NCBI GenBank assembly: GCA_964016885.1
Contig: OZ024742.1
Location: 30,566,001 to 30,630,000 of the forward strand
From: Eledone cirrhosa
Taxonomy: Eukaryota
Reading direction: 5' to 3'
DNA length: 64,000 nucleotides
Positions 12,125-25,063 of the stretch are shown piece by piece (the first letter of the stretch is position 1; each line of letters opens with the position of its first letter). A program made the position numbers and the translations under genes. The notes below the pieces were generated by a model. It did not search any database. It was not told the DNA's origin and saw only the letters and a program-made list of their open reading frames with translations.

Positions 12125-12940
12125 ATAATATTGCTGGCCTTGTGCCAAAAGTAGAAACAATTATTATATATATATATATATATATATTCCATCTAAAGTA
12201 CATATTCCTCTTTGAAATATGTGCATTACTGGTACTTTATTTTATCAACTCTGTAAGGATGAAAGATAAAGCTAATCTCAGTGGGATTTAAACTCAGAAC
12301 GTAAAGGGCCACAACTCTATGCCGTGAAGCATGGTGTCCAACGCTCTATTGATACTGCCAATCTACCACCCTTTGTGTAAATAATTGTTTCTATTTTAGG
12401 CACAAGGCCAGCAATTACCCAGTACATTACTGGTACTTTATTTTATCGACCCCGTAAGGATGAAAGGCAAAGTTAACCTCGGCGGGATTTGAACTCAGAT
12501 CATAAAGGGACGTAACTCTATGCTTCAAATCATGGTGTCCGACTCTCTACCGATACTGCCAATCCACTGCCTTACTTTGTGTAAATAATTGTTTCTACTT
12601 TAGGAACAAGGCCAGCAATTACCCAGTGCATTACTGGTACTTTATTTTATCGACCACTTTGTGTAAATAATTGTTTCTATTTTAGACACAAGGCCAGCAA
12701 TAACCCAGTACATTACTGGTACTTTATTTTATCGACCCCGTAAGGATGAAAGGCAAAGTTAACTTTGTGTAAATAATTGTTTCTACTTTTGGCACAAGGC
12801 CAGCAATTACCCAGTGTATTACTGGTACTTTATTTTATCGACCCCATAAGGATGAAAGGCAAAGTTAACCTCGGCGGGATTTGAACTCAGAATGGCAAGG
12901 GCCGTAACTCTATGCGTCAAAGCATGGCGTCCGACCCTCA
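12125..12940 (-). mobile_element. Tandem cluster of tRNA-derived SINE family B (Meta-domain-like), whole and partial copies
   Basis: Repeated reverse complements of TGGCAGTATCGGTAGAG..GAGTTCAAATCC..GCCTTTCATCCTTACGGGGTCGATAAAATAAAGTACC..GTAGAAACAATTATT. Confidence 0.85.
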
Positions 12941-12974
12941 TAATGAAGTGTTTTATAACTTGATTTCTTACCTA

Positions 12975-13187
12975 TGAGGGTCGGCTGAAAAGTTCATGGG
13001 CTAACTATGAAGAATTGATGCTAGAGCTGTGAAATTTTGCATGCATTAACTTCAACTCTTCTTAAAATAACAACATTGTTTCTTTCCAAGGAATATGGTG
13101 AAAAATAAACCTTATTTGGTCATTCCATGAGAGCATCTTGGTCAGCCTATGAACTTTTCAGCCTATGAATTTTTCAGCCAACCTTCG
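12975..13187. mobile_element. mariner-type MITE
   Basis: TA-TGAGGGTCGGCTGAAAAGTTCATGGGCT at left; AGCCTATGAATTTTTCAGCCAACCTTCG-TA at right; no coding capacity. Confidence 0.7.
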
Positions 13188-13384
13188 TAGATCCAAGGTC
13201 TCATAATATGGACCCCCAATATTTCACTGGTACTTTATTTTATCAAACTCAGAATGATGAACTGTAAAGTCAATCTCTCCAGAAGCTGACCTCAAAATGT
13301 AAAGGGTTCAAACTAAATGCCACAAAACATTTATAAAAGATATATAATTGAATTTACTAAATGAATTTGTCATAAGTATACATC

Positions 13385-14250
13385 TAATAACATCATCATC
13401 ACTACCATCACTACCACCATCATCATCATCACCACCTTCACCCCCACCACAACCATCACCACCATCACTACCACCATCATCATCATCACCACCTTCACCC
13501 CCACCACAACCATCACCACCATCACTACTACCATCACTACCACCATCATCATCATCACCACCTTCACCCCCACCACTACCACAACCATCACCACCATCAC
13601 TACTACCATCACTACCACCACCATCATCATCATCATCATCACCTTCACCCCCACCACTACCACAGCCATCACCACCATCACTACCACCATCATCATCACC
13701 ACCTTCACCCCCACCACAACCATCACCACCATCACTACTACCATCACTACCACCATCATCATCATCATCATCATCACCACCTTCACCCCCACCACTACCA
13801 CAACCATCACCACCATCACTACTACAATCACTACCATCATCATCACCATCCTCACCAACACAACTACCACCACCCTCACCGCCACCACAACCATCACCAC
13901 CATCACTACTCTCACTACCATCACTCCCACCATCATTATCATCACCACCCTCACCACCACCACTATCACTACCATCACCACCATCACTACCACCATCATT
14001 ATCATCACCACCCTTACCACCACCACTACCACAACCATCACCACTATCACTACCACCATCACTACCGCCATCATCATCATCACCACCCTCACCACCACTA
14101 CTGCCACAACCATCACCACCATCATCACTACCACCATCATCATCATCACCACCCTCACCACCACTACTGCCACAACCATCACCACCATCATCACTACCAT
14201 CATCATCATCATCATCACCCTCACCACCACCACTACCACAACCATCACTA
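13385..14250. repeat. (CCA/TCA/CTA)n compound trinucleotide minisatellite
   Basis: Recurring blocks such as ccaccttcacccccaccacaaccatcaccaccatcacta; yields spurious Pro/Ser and Val/Met ORFs. Confidence 0.9.
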
Positions 14251-14811
14251 ATATTTTATAGAGTGTACTGGGTGAATTTTATTGTAGTAGTAGCACTCAC
14301 ATATTACAGGGTGTACTGGGTACGTTTTATCATGGCACCAGCATTACCACTTTCCAGGGTGTACATGGTGCATTTTATTGAGGCACCAGCACTACCATTT
14401 TACAGAGTGTACTAGATGCATTTCATTGTGACACCATCACTTATCCAAACTTGAAAGGTCCTCTCAAACTTTATATTATCTCTAAAAGAAATAAATATAA
14501 AATATATGAAAAAAATAAGTATTTATTTGATGATATGAATGGTGGACAATAAAAGTAATATAACTGTGGAAATATTCCTTCTTTTTTTATTTCTATACTT
14601 ACATAAGTGGGTGGAGAGGGAGGGGGAGGGGGTTCTGTATTGGAGCAACTGTTTTTACAGCTGGGTGAAGACTTTTTAAACAGTTAACCACTCAACCATG
14701 AAGGAGGGGGACAACAGCCTATTTTCTGTTCATTCAGGCAAACTGCATTACTATTATCATGTAACATACACACTCTCTCTATCTATCTGCTGATCTATCT
14801 ATCTAACTATC

Positions 14812-15106
14812 TATAATTTTATATTTGTTATTTGTTTCCTTTACTCGCCTTTTTGTGTAAACTACCCCCATTGTACTTGTCCCACTTTTTGATGCCCTGG
14901 TGGCAAATAAAAAGAAAATTATCTATACCCATCTACCTACCTACCTACACAACTATGTATCTATCTATCTATCTACCTACACATCTATCTATCTATCTAG
15001 CTATTTCTCTCTCTATCTCTATTTATCTAGCTATCTATCTGTAAAATCCCCGGCATGTCTTTGTATTGTCCCCTTTTCTTGTGCGCCCTTGTGGCAAATA
15101 AAGAAA
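14812..15106 (+). mobile_element. Two bare Tx1 3' tails in (TATC)n (14812-14918 and 15039-15106)
   Basis: Match the 3' UTR ends near 24737 and 20451: ..GTCCC..GCCCT(T/G)GTGGCAAATAAA..GAAA followed by (TATC)n. Confidence 0.8.
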
Positions 15107-15260
15107 TCTATCTATCTATCTACCTACACAACTATGTATCTATCTACCTACATATCTATCTATCTGTCTGCCTATCTATCTATCTATATTCCTCACTTTT
15201 GCTGACACAGTCAACAAGAAACAAGATTTTATAAATCTTGATATCTCCAACGCAAGAGAT

Positions 15261-16731
15261 ATGCTCCAGCAAGGGAGAAAATTTGTAACTTTCGAAGAAA
15301 GAGGTGGGTTTACAATTAACTCACCCCTTGAAATAAAGGAAGACACAAACCGCCGATCAGTCACTTTTAGGACTGTGTCAAATTCGTCAAGAAAACCGAC
15401 ATTTGTTAATCAGTCAGATATAGAAGATTCTTTCAAGGAGATTCTAGCAAATGTCGATTTTCTCCAGCGAGGAAAACAGTACGGAAGTGTTTCCGTACTG
15501 TTTAAAAGCGAGACACTGGCCCCCAAAAACTCTGTGACACCAATAGTGTCAAAAGCATACACCTTTTTCCCTACATACATGGGGAAAAGGACACAAAAAA
15601 TAAAAATAAAAAACATACCTCCAAGCATTAACATCTGGTGGATCTTGGCTGGCTTCGTAGAGCCAGAAACAGACATAATACTTTCGATACGAAAATCCAT
15701 TCGACAAAGGTGGGCGGGCACCGATTTGGAGATTCTGTTGCAAATGAAACCGGAGAGAATCTCCAAAATACCCGAAAGAGTCGTTATTGATAATAACAAC
15801 AAAATAAACATTTCGGTAGAAGGAAGAAAATTTCACTGCTTTCGCTGTGGTAGCACATCTCACCTAAAAGCCTCTTGTCCACAAACACACAACAGCAACA
15901 TCATAAAAAAAACGCTATTACCAACACCAACACCAAAACAACCACCACCACCACCACAAGTACAACGACAGACGAAACGAGCAACCACACCAAAACAAAC
16001 AGACACTCAACCAACAACAACAGAAAAAACAGAGACAACACCCCTGAAGAACACATCCCCACTCCATCCCACTCCATCAAACACTACCACCGAAACACTA
16101 CCACCACCACACAACATACCCTTACCCCACACACCTGACGATGATTATTCATCGACGGATGAAGCTGCTTCTCCTTCTTTAAGTGAAGAAGAGGGAGAAC
16201 CGCGGAAATCCAAAAAACAAAAAAAAGAGACACCACAAAACCCCCAAAACTCCAATCACCAACACCAACACACAACCACAGACACAAACAACAACACAAA
16301 CAACACCACAGTCAAACATCCCCCTATCAGCAAAACCAGCACCAACACCACCCCAAACACAAGCACCCACCATAAAAAGAAAACTCCCAGATGAACAACA
16401 AACTAAAACAATACAACAAAAACACAAACAACAATACGCATACATCAACACAAACAACAAGAGTTTGATGGAGGTCATCTCCCAAAACCCCAAGGTGGAG
16501 ACGGAGGGCAAAACTTTCGTCAAGGCAGAATCGTCTCCACACCTTAAACTTATAAGGGTTTCTATGGAAACCTATAAAGACCTGAAAATTAAATTTTCAC
16601 AGGACGTGGGCAACCCCTGCCACAAACCCATCAACCGCGTCCTGTTGAAAGGTTTCCCCACCCCACCCAACACCCCATCCAGCACCCAAATGGAGATTGA
16701 ACAACCCGATCTCCAGGAAACGAAAAGGTAA
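15261..16731 (+). pseudogene. Tx1 ORF1 (gag-like, CCHC zinc knuckle), probably frameshifted near 16380
   Basis: CFRCGSTSHLKASC (CX2CX4HX4C), then a low-complexity Pro/Thr/Lys region; continuation in ORF 16183..16731 ends just before ORF2. Confidence 0.75.
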
Positions 16732-16772
16732 GTGCACCTTTCGTCCTTTTTCTCCAACTTTTCTTCACCAAC

Positions 16773-19700
16773 ATGGCTGGTTTACGAGTTGGAACCGTGA
16801 ATGTGCGTGGCCTAGGGATGCCCTGGAAACAGGGCCAACTTTTAAACGACCTTAGGTCACACAGTATGGATGTGATAGCCATCACCGAGTCCAGAATCCA
16901 CAACAGGCAGCAACTAACCCCCATCTTCGACGACTTTGAGATCTACGCATCTTTCTGTCAGCCAGGAGGTGGGGTGGAGTGGCTGTTATGTTTCGGAAGA
17001 ACCTGGACGTCGGAGTACAGCAAGTACACTTGGACCCGGAGGGTAGACTGGTAGTCCTAGACGTGAACAGTATCGGAGGTGGAGCCTTCAGACTGGTGGC
17101 CGTTTATGCCCCGACCGGGCAATCGCAATCACGGCCAGACTTCTTTAAGCGTCTAGAGTCTTTTCTGGGAACGTCTCGCTCCTTACTTTTAGTGGGGGAC
17201 TGGAATGGTATCCTAGATGCACGATGGGACTATGTGGGAGCATGTCCCAGTAGAGCGGGGTGCAACAGCCTCAAAACTTTAATCGGCCAATTCCAACTGG
17301 CCGATAGGTATCGACTGGATTTCCCGACTGCACCACAGTGGACGTGGGTAAACCGCAGTGGGACATCTAGATCGTATTTAGATAGGTTCTTCATTAGAGA
17401 AAGGGACAAGGATATGTTAAGCTGTCCACGAATGCACATGGTTGCCTATTCAGATCACAAGTTAGTCGTCTGCTTAGTCAACCGTGATAGAATACATAGA
17501 CAGGGTCCCGGATACTGGAAGCTGAACGTGTCGTTGCCGGCACGTAAAGCTTACAGTGAACGGATAAGTAAACTAGTCAAGCAACAGTTAACGGGAGCCA
17601 TCGTCAACAATAGATGGTGGTACTCTCTCAAGAAAGCAATTAGAATAGAATCGATAGGGTATAGCAGAGAGTTAGCCTTAGAGAAAAACAGAATAGAAAG
17701 AGAACTAGTAGCCAAGGTAGAGGAGGCACTTAGAAGTGGCAACGCGGCTAGAGTATTAGCGTCGAGAACGGCACTGGACCAGTTCTTCGATGCGAAACAC
17801 GAAGGCTGCGTGGTCAGAAGCAAAACACGTGCTCTAGGAAACGAAGGAGCGAAAGCTGTCAGCTGGGCCCGAGTGGCGGAGGCAAAAAGTGGCAACAAGT
17901 CCACGATTCGGTCTTTGAAAGACCAAAACGGACGCGTGCTACTTGACCCCAAGCAAATGTGCGCGGCCTTTCAGCGGCACTTTGCGCGACTGTTTGAGCA
18001 GAACGACGGTGAGCCGAACGGGGCAATGGACTTTAGTTCATACCTCGACGGCCTGCCGCGTCTCTCGAACACGGACGCCGAGTTCTGCGAAAGACCGATC
18101 ACGGACACTGAGATACGGGACGCTCTGGGCCGCTGCGGCAAACGCAAGTCACCCGGTCTAGATGGTCTACCCTACGAATTTTACATAGGCATGCCGGACT
18201 TGTTCTCTGGCGTCCTCGAAGCCGTCTACTGCAATTGGCAGCAGAACGGGAGAATTCCCAGTTCTGCAGGCAAGGGCGTAGTGACGCTGATCAGGAAAGT
18301 CGAGAACAAGGGGGACGAAATTAACAACTTCAGGCCCATAACTCTGCTCAACACAGAGTTAAAGATTTTGGCCAAGGTGCTAGCGACGAGGTTGGCGCTT
18401 GTCGTCGAGAACCTGGTAGGGAAAGCGCAAACGTGTGCAATCCCGACCAGGTCCATACACGACAACCTCCACCTCATGCGATACATCATAGAGAGCGTGG
18501 GTAGTAAACCCGGCTTCGGTGGGGCTCTGATCAACTTGGATCAGTCTAAGGCATTCGATAGGGTCGACCATCGATACTTGGAAGCGGTTCTCAAGGCGGC
18601 CGGTTTCGGTCCCGTGTTCAGAGGATGGATCGAGGCGATGCACACCAGCATCTGCTCGAGGGTCAAGGTGAACGGCTACCTATCGGAGCCGTTCGCAATC
18701 ACGCGTTCCATTCGACAGGGATGCCCTCTCTCCTCCATTCTGTATGTATTGACTCTAGAGCCACTACTGCGGAAATTGGAGCTGTTGCAGGGCATCCCCC
18801 TAGAACCGGGACTGCGCAAAGCGGCGTAGGCTTATGCCGACGACGTGACAGTAATGGTGTCGAGCACCTCGGAAATCGGGGTGATCGGCAACATACTGAA
18901 AGAATACGAAACGCTGACGGGAGCAAAACTAAACCCAGACAAGTCTGTCGGTTTGCAACTCGGTACGTGGAGAGGCAAACCGATGACATCCGACAGCGTC
19001 GTTGTACGCTGGACGGACGGACCGGTGAAATTGCTCGGGGTCTGGTTCGGTCCAGACCTCCAGGTGGAGAAAAACTGGAACGAGGTCACGGCCAAGGTGT
19101 TTGCACTCACTCAGAAGTGGGCAGAGTGCAAACTGTCCTTGAAAGGTCGAGCGGAGGTGGCGAACACTTTCATAGCGTCCGTCATCTACTACCGCTTGAC
19201 TGTCGTACCTTGTCCCCGTGAACACCTCGCCAAGATGGAACGCATGCTCTTCCAGTTTCTGTGGAAGAAGCAGGCTCCGCTGGTGAGGAGATCCGTCTGC
19301 TGTCAGCACCCTTCCAACGGAGGGCTGGGAATGCCGTGGCTGATGATGCGCAAACATGCGCTGAGGCTGCGGCATCTCCAGGTATTCCTCACCGACCCCC
19401 AACCGGTGTGGGCACCGTTTGTGAGACAGGCTTTCCCACAGCTCGTCTCGCTAACGGAGCTGCAGTCCTGGGTGAAGAAAAGACCGAAAACGATGGGCGC
19501 CTGGCACATTGAATGCGCTCAGGCGCTCACAGTCCTCTGGCAAGCGGGCGCAGCAATCAGTGGAGACTCCACTTCGACATTCTATAGAGGGATTGTACGT
19601 TACAGGGGCGACGACGTGCTCGGAGAGACTCTGGGCGTCGAAGACGATGAGCTCACCAGTATGTTTGGTAGGACTTTCCGTCCGGGACCTATGGACAACT

Positions 19701-20218
19701 TCCAGAGGTCCCTGGCCTGGCAGTGCTACCGAGGAGCTCTACCGGTTCGTGACAAGATCTACAGGCACGGACGCCCTGGCAGGGATCCTTCCAAGAGGAC
19801 GTGTCCAAGATGTGCGCAGGACATTGAAACAGTTCTGCACGCAATTGTACACTGCCCGGGCGTACGCGACCTGTGGAACTATGCGGAACAACTGCTGTCG
19901 CGTATGGGACAAATACAGTTGACTGCCGAGTCCATAGTAAGGATCAAACCGCCAGACTCTTTCAAAAACGAAAGAGAGGCGCTTTTCCTCTGTACGGTGG
20001 CTATGGTGAAAGAAGTTATATGGTGGACGAGGTTGAGAGGACTGAGGACAGATGCCTTTCTCTCCGGACAACAATTGATTCCATTCTTTAAGTATCACTT
20101 TAGAAGGAGAATCAGGGTGGAGAGAGAGGCACTGCACCCCAGTAAATTTACTGAAAGGTGGGTGAATGAAGCGAAAATGGCCCGAGTGATTGGGCCTTCT
20201 CTGTTTATAAGCCTGTAG
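16773..20218 (+). pseudogene. Tx1 ORF2 (APE endonuclease, RT, C-terminal CCHC) with one frameshift (~16975) and one stop (18827)
   Basis: NVRGL, GDWN, LDRF, SDH, KSPGLDG, NFRPITLLN, LDQSKAFDRVDH, RQGCPLS, *AYADD, CPRC..ETVLHAIVHC. Confidence 0.92.
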
Positions 20219-20460
20219 GTTGAGGAAGAGAGCAAAAGGAAGAAAGGAGCACTTGCACAACACGCTCCTTGAGTTGAGGGTTGTTCTATCGACGGGGTAT
20301 TAAACAACCCATTTGTGGCGCCTCCCCCCTATTGGGGATTTCGATTGTTGAAATTGTTTGTTTTTATATTTTTTACACGACTGTATGTAAAATCCCCGGC
20401 ATGTCTTTGTATTGTCCCCTTTCTTGTTGCGCCCTTGTGGCTAATAAAGAAATCTATCTA

Positions 20461-21524
20461 TATTCCTCACCAGACAACCGGTGTGGGCCCCGTTCGTGAG
20501 GCGAGCCTTCCCACGACTCGTCTCGCTGACCGAGCTGCAGTCCTGGGTCAAGCAAAGACCGAGGAAAATGGGCGACTGGCACATCGAATGTGCTCAGGTG
20601 CTCACAGTCCTCTGGCAAATGGACCTGGCGATCAGTGGAAACTCCACTTCGACATTCTATAGAGGGTTGGTCTGCAGCAAGTGCGACGACACGCTCGGAG
20701 AAACTCTAGGCGCAGAGGAGGATGAACTGGCCAGTCTGTTCGGTAGGACCTTCCACCCGGGACCAATGGACAACTTCCAAAAGTCCCTGGCCTGGCAGTG
20801 CTACTGAGGAACTCTACCAGTACGAGACAAACTCTACAGACACGGGCGCCCGGGTAGGGAGCCTTCGAAAAAGATCTGTCCGAGATGCGTGCGCGACGAA
20901 GAAACCGTCGCGCACGCATCTGTACACTGCCCGGGCGTTACCGACCTGTGGGGTTATGTAGAATAACTATTGTTGCGGGTGGGACCAATCCAGTTGACCA
21001 TCGAGTCCATTGTCACGATCAAACCGCCACCGTCCTTCAAAAACGAGGGAGAGGCGGTTTTCCTGTGTGTTATGGCTATGGTGAAAGCGGTTATATGATA
21101 GACGAGGTTAAAAGGGCTGAGGTCAGACACCTTTCTCTCCGGCCAACAACTGATTCGTTTTTTCAAATATCATTTTGGAAGAAGAATCAGGATGGAGAGA
21201 GAGGTGCTGTACCCCAGCAAATTTTATAAAAGGTGGGTGAATGTGGCAAAGATGGCCCGAGTGGTTGGGCCTTCTCTCTATATAAGCCTGTAGGTTGAGG
21301 AAAAAGAGGAAGAGAGGAAGGGAGTACTCACTCTTGGTGCTCCTGGAGATGAGGGTTGTACATTTTTTCGGGGTGTGTACAACCCCTGTGTAACGCCTCC
21401 CCCCTATTGGGGATATCAATTGTTATTTGTTATTTTATTAATAGTTTTATTTTCATATACCTGTATGTAAACTCCCCATTTGTATCTGTCCTTTTCTTTT
21501 GTGCCCTTGTGGCTAATAAAGAAA
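20461..21524 (+). mobile_element. Tx1 LINE, 5'-truncated and more decayed
   Basis: ORF2 C-terminal fragments (WAPFVRRAFP..FQKSLAWQCY) with stops; 3' UTR; (TATC)n follows. Confidence 0.9.
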
Positions 21525-21606
21525 TTTATCTATCTATCTATCTATTTATCTACCCATCTATCTACCTACATACCTATCTATCAAGCTATCTATCTATTTA
21601 CCTATC

Positions 21607-24600
21607 GCAAATCGTAGCGGAACATCTAGGTCGTACCTAGATAGGTTCTTAGTTAGAATTAAGGATAAGGACTTTTTAAGTTGTCCAAAAATGCGCATGG
21701 TTGGCTATTCAGACCACAAATTAGTGACCTGCATGGTCAACCTTGACAGAACTCATAGACAGGGACCCGGTTACTGGAAGCTCAACTTGTCCTTACCGGC
21801 AAGTAAGGCTTACAGGAACCGGATTAGCACTTTAGTTAAGGAGCGGTTGACGGGCGCCATCGTCAACAGCAGGTGGTGGGGATCTCTCAAAAGAGAGATT
21901 AGAGTAGTCTCTATAGAATTTAGTAAGGAGTTAGCCTCCAATAGAAATAGGAAGGAAAGGGAGTTGGTAGATAGTGTAGAAGAGGCAATTAGAAGCGGCG
22001 ACGTGGCCAGAGTGCTAGCGTCGAGAACGGCCCTGGGCCAGTTCTTCGACGCGAAACACGAAGGCTGCATCGTCCGAAGCAAAATACGTGCTCTGGGAAA
22101 CGAGGGGACCAAAGCTGTTAGCTGGGCCCGCGTGACAGAAGCCAAAAAAGGGAGCAGATCCACTATCCGGTCTTTGCGAGACCAGGATGGACGGGTGATC
22201 CTTGAACCTAAGCAGATGTGCGAGGCTTTTCAAAAGCACTTTGCCGAATTGTTCGGAAGGGGCGGGGGGCCGGTTGGGGATGTGGACTTCGGTCCATACC
22301 TCGACGGCCTGCCGCGTCTCTCAGACAGGGAGGCGAAGTCCTGCGAGGAGCCGATTTCAGCCGCTGAGATAGAGGACGTGCTGAGCCAATGCGGCAAACG
22401 CAAATCCCCGGGTCTCGATGGTCTTCCATACGAACTATATCTAGCTATGCCGGACTTGTTCCCCGAACTCCTCGAGGCGGTCTACTGCAACTGGCGACAG
22501 AACGGGAGAATTCCCTGTGCTGTGACCAAGGGCGTAGTCACGCTAGTGAGGAAGGACGAGAACAAGGGGGACGATATAAATAATTTCAGGCCCATAACTC
22601 TGCTAAATACAGAGTTACAGATTTTGGCCAAGGTGCTAGCAAAGAGGTTGGCGCTTGTCGTGGGCAACCTGGTGGGAGATGCGCAGACATGTGCTATCCC
22701 GTCCAGGTCCATCCACGATAACCTCCACCTCATGCGATACATCATAGAGAGGGTTGGGAACGAACCCGGCTTTGGTGGGGCCCTGATCAACTTGGATCAA
22801 TCTAAGGCATTCGATAGGGTCGACCATGGTTACCTGGATGCGGTGCTAGCGGCGGCAGGCTTCGGACCCGTTTTCAGGGGCTGGATCAATGCCATGCACA
22901 GCAGCCGCATCTGCTCTAGGGTCAAGGTGAACGGCTACCTCTCGGAGCCGTTCGAAATCGCGCGGTCCATCCGACAGGGGTGCCCTCTCTCCTCCCTTCT
23001 GTATGTAGTGACTCTAGAGCCACTGCTGCGGAAGTTGGAGTTGTTGCAGGGCATCCCGTTGGAACCGGGATTGCGGAAAGCGGTGTCAGCCTACGCCGAT
23101 GACGTAACAGTAATGGTGTCGACGGCCTCGGAAATCGGGGCGATCGGCACCTTACTGGAGGAGTACGAAAGGTTTACAGGGGCTAAGCTGAACCGGGACA
23201 AGTCGATCGGTCTGCAACTCGGCACGTGGAGGGGCAGATCGATGCCCTCCGATGGCGTCGTTGGGCGCTGGACGGAGGGCCCGGTGAAATTGCTCGGGGT
23301 CTGGTTCGGACCAGACCTCCAGGTGGAGAAGAACTGGGGTGAGGTGACAAGCAGGGTGTTTGCACTGACCCAGAAGTGGGCCGAGTGCAAACTGTCCCTG
23401 AAAGGTCGGGCGGAGGTGGCGAACACTTATATAGCGTCCGTCATCTACTACCGCCTGACCGTGGTGCCTTGCCCAAGGGAAACGCTCGCCAAAATGGAGC
23501 GCGCACTCTTCCAATTCCTTTGGAAGAAGCGGGCTCCTATGGTGAGGAGATCCATCTGCTGTCAACACCCTTCGAAAGGAGGGCTGGGGATGCCGTGGCT
23601 GATGATACGTAAACACGCATTAAGGCTACGGCACCTTCAGGTATTCCTCTCCGGTCAACCAGTGTGGGCCCCGTTTGTGAGGCGAGCCTTTCCCAGACTC
23701 GTCTCACTCACCGAGCTGCAATCCTGGGTCAAGCAAAGACCGAGAAAACTGGGCGCCTGGCACACCGAGTGTGCCCAGGCGCTCACGACTCTCTGGCAGG
23801 CGGACCCGGCTGTCAGTGGAGAATCCACCTCGTCATTCTATAGAGGGCTGGTGGTTAGCAGGTGCGACGACGCCCTCGGAGAAGCCCTAGGCATGGAGGA
23901 AGACGAACTGGCCAACCTGTTCGGTAGGACATTCAGCCCGGGACCCATGGATAACTTCCAGAGGTCCCTGGCCTGGCAATGCTACAGAAGGGCTCTGCCC
24001 GTTCGAGAAAGGCTCTACAGACACGGGCGCCCGGGTAGGGACCCATCGAAAAAGGTCTGTCCCAGATGCGTGTGCGACGAGGAAACCGTTGCACACGCAT
24101 TGGTACACTGCTCGGGCATTGCCGATCTGTGGGGCTATGTCGAACAACTGCTGTCAAGGGTGGGACCGATCCGGTTGACCACCGAGTCTATTGTAACGAT
24201 CAAGCCGCCTCCCCTCTTCAAAAACGAAGGAGAGGCGGTGTTTCTGTGCGTAATAGCCATGGCGAAAGAGGTTGTATGGTGGACGCGTCTGAAAGGACTG
24301 AGGTCAGACACCTTTCTCTCTGGCCAACAACTGGTCCGTTTCTTCCGATATCATTTCGGAAGAAGGATCAGGATGGAGAGAGAGGTGCTGCACCCCAGCC
24401 GTTTCTATGAAAGATGGGTGAAAGTGGCGAGAATGGCCCGTGTGAATGGGCCTTCACTCTACATCAGACTATAGGTGAGGAAGATGAAAGACCAAGGGAG
24501 CACCCCTTCTCTGTGCTCCTGAGGAGAAGGGTTGCACACTTTTTTCGGGGGTGTGTGCGACCCCCCAAGGCGCCTCCTCTCTATTGAGGACTTTGTTATA

Positions 24601-24737
24601 AATTTTATTTTTGTTATATTTTATTTTATTTTTATATATTGTTATTGCCTCCTCCTTATTGAGGACGCCTTGTTTTGTAAACTCCCCCCATTGTACTTGT
24701 CCCACTTTTGATGCCCTGGTGGCAAATAAAAGAAACA
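21607..24737 (+). mobile_element. Tx1 LINE, 5'-truncated, ORF2 uninterrupted
   Basis: 20-bp TSD TATCTATCTATTTACCTATC at 21587-21606 and 24738-24757. Confidence 0.93.
21691..24474 (+). CDS. Tx1 ORF2, partial (end of endonuclease, RT, zinc finger)
   Basis: 927-aa open frame with intact AYADD and CPRC..H..C; most of the endonuclease is missing. Confidence 0.85.
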   Translation: MRMVGYSDHKLVTCMVNLDRTHRQGPGYWKLNLSLPASKAYRNRISTLVKERLTGAIVNSRWWGSLKREIRVVSIEFSKELASNRNRKERELVDSVEEAIRSGDVARVLASRTALGQFFDAKHEGCIVRSKIRALGNEGTKAVSWARVTEAKKGSRSTIRSLRDQDGRVILEPKQMCEAFQKHFAELFGRGGGPVGDVDFGPYLDGLPRLSDREAKSCEEPISAAEIEDVLSQCGKRKSPGLDGLPYELYLAMPDLFPELLEAVYCNWRQNGRIPCAVTKGVVTLVRKDENKGDDINNFRPITLLNTELQILAKVLAKRLALVVGNLVGDAQTCAIPSRSIHDNLHLMRYIIERVGNEPGFGGALINLDQSKAFDRVDHGYLDAVLAAAGFGPVFRGWINAMHSSRICSRVKVNGYLSEPFEIARSIRQGCPLSSLLYVVTLEPLLRKLELLQGIPLEPGLRKAVSAYADDVTVMVSTASEIGAIGTLLEEYERFTGAKLNRDKSIGLQLGTWRGRSMPSDGVVGRWTEGPVKLLGVWFGPDLQVEKNWGEVTSRVFALTQKWAECKLSLKGRAEVANTYIASVIYYRLTVVPCPRETLAKMERALFQFLWKKRAPMVRRSICCQHPSKGGLGMPWLMIRKHALRLRHLQVFLSGQPVWAPFVRRAFPRLVSLTELQSWVKQRPRKLGAWHTECAQALTTLWQADPAVSGESTSSFYRGLVVSRCDDALGEALGMEEDELANLFGRTFSPGPMDNFQRSLAWQCYRRALPVRERLYRHGRPGRDPSKKVCPRCVCDEETVAHALVHCSGIADLWGYVEQLLSRVGPIRLTTESIVTIKPPPLFKNEGEAVFLCVIAMAKEVVWWTRLKGLRSDTFLSGQQLVRFFRYHFGRRIRMEREVLHPSRFYERWVKVARMARVNGPSLYIRL

Positions 24738-24769
24738 TATCTATCTATTTACCTATCTACCAATCTATC

Positions 24770-24870
24770 TAATTGCATTTGTGATAACATTTTACACGTT
24801 TTTATTGTATGTAAACTTCCCCTTTGTATTTGTCCCCTTCTTTTGTGCTCCTGTGGCTAATAAAGAAACA
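24770..24870 (+). mobile_element. Bare Tx1 3' tail in (TATC)n
   Basis: TGTAAACTTCCCCTTTGTATTTGTCCCC..GTGGCTAATAAAGAAA followed by TATC repeats. Confidence 0.75.
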
Positions 24871-25063
24871 TATCTATCTATCTACCTACATACCTACCTA
24901 CCTATCTATCTATATCTATCCCTCAAGGGTACAAGATAAGTGATGTAACAGTAGGAATTGAACTTCTGTCCAGGTGGTTGATAATCTGTTACCTTAACCT
25001 CACACCTATTGTGCTGTATACATTTTACTTCATGCATCGTATGCAACAATATATATATATGTA

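Larger units (their letters stand above)
15197..20451 (+). mobile_element. Tx1-clade (L1 group) LINE with ORF1 and ORF2, near full length
   Basis: 19-bp TSD ATCTATCTATATTCCTCAC at 15178-15196 and 20452-20470; ORF1 zinc knuckle; ORF2 EN-RT-zinc finger; AATAAAGAAA terminus. Confidence 0.93.

Noticed and set aside
13348-14415. Extensin-like Ser/Pro-rich protein (355 aa)
   Set aside because: Trinucleotide repeat open on both strands; its C-terminus is decayed repeat sequence.
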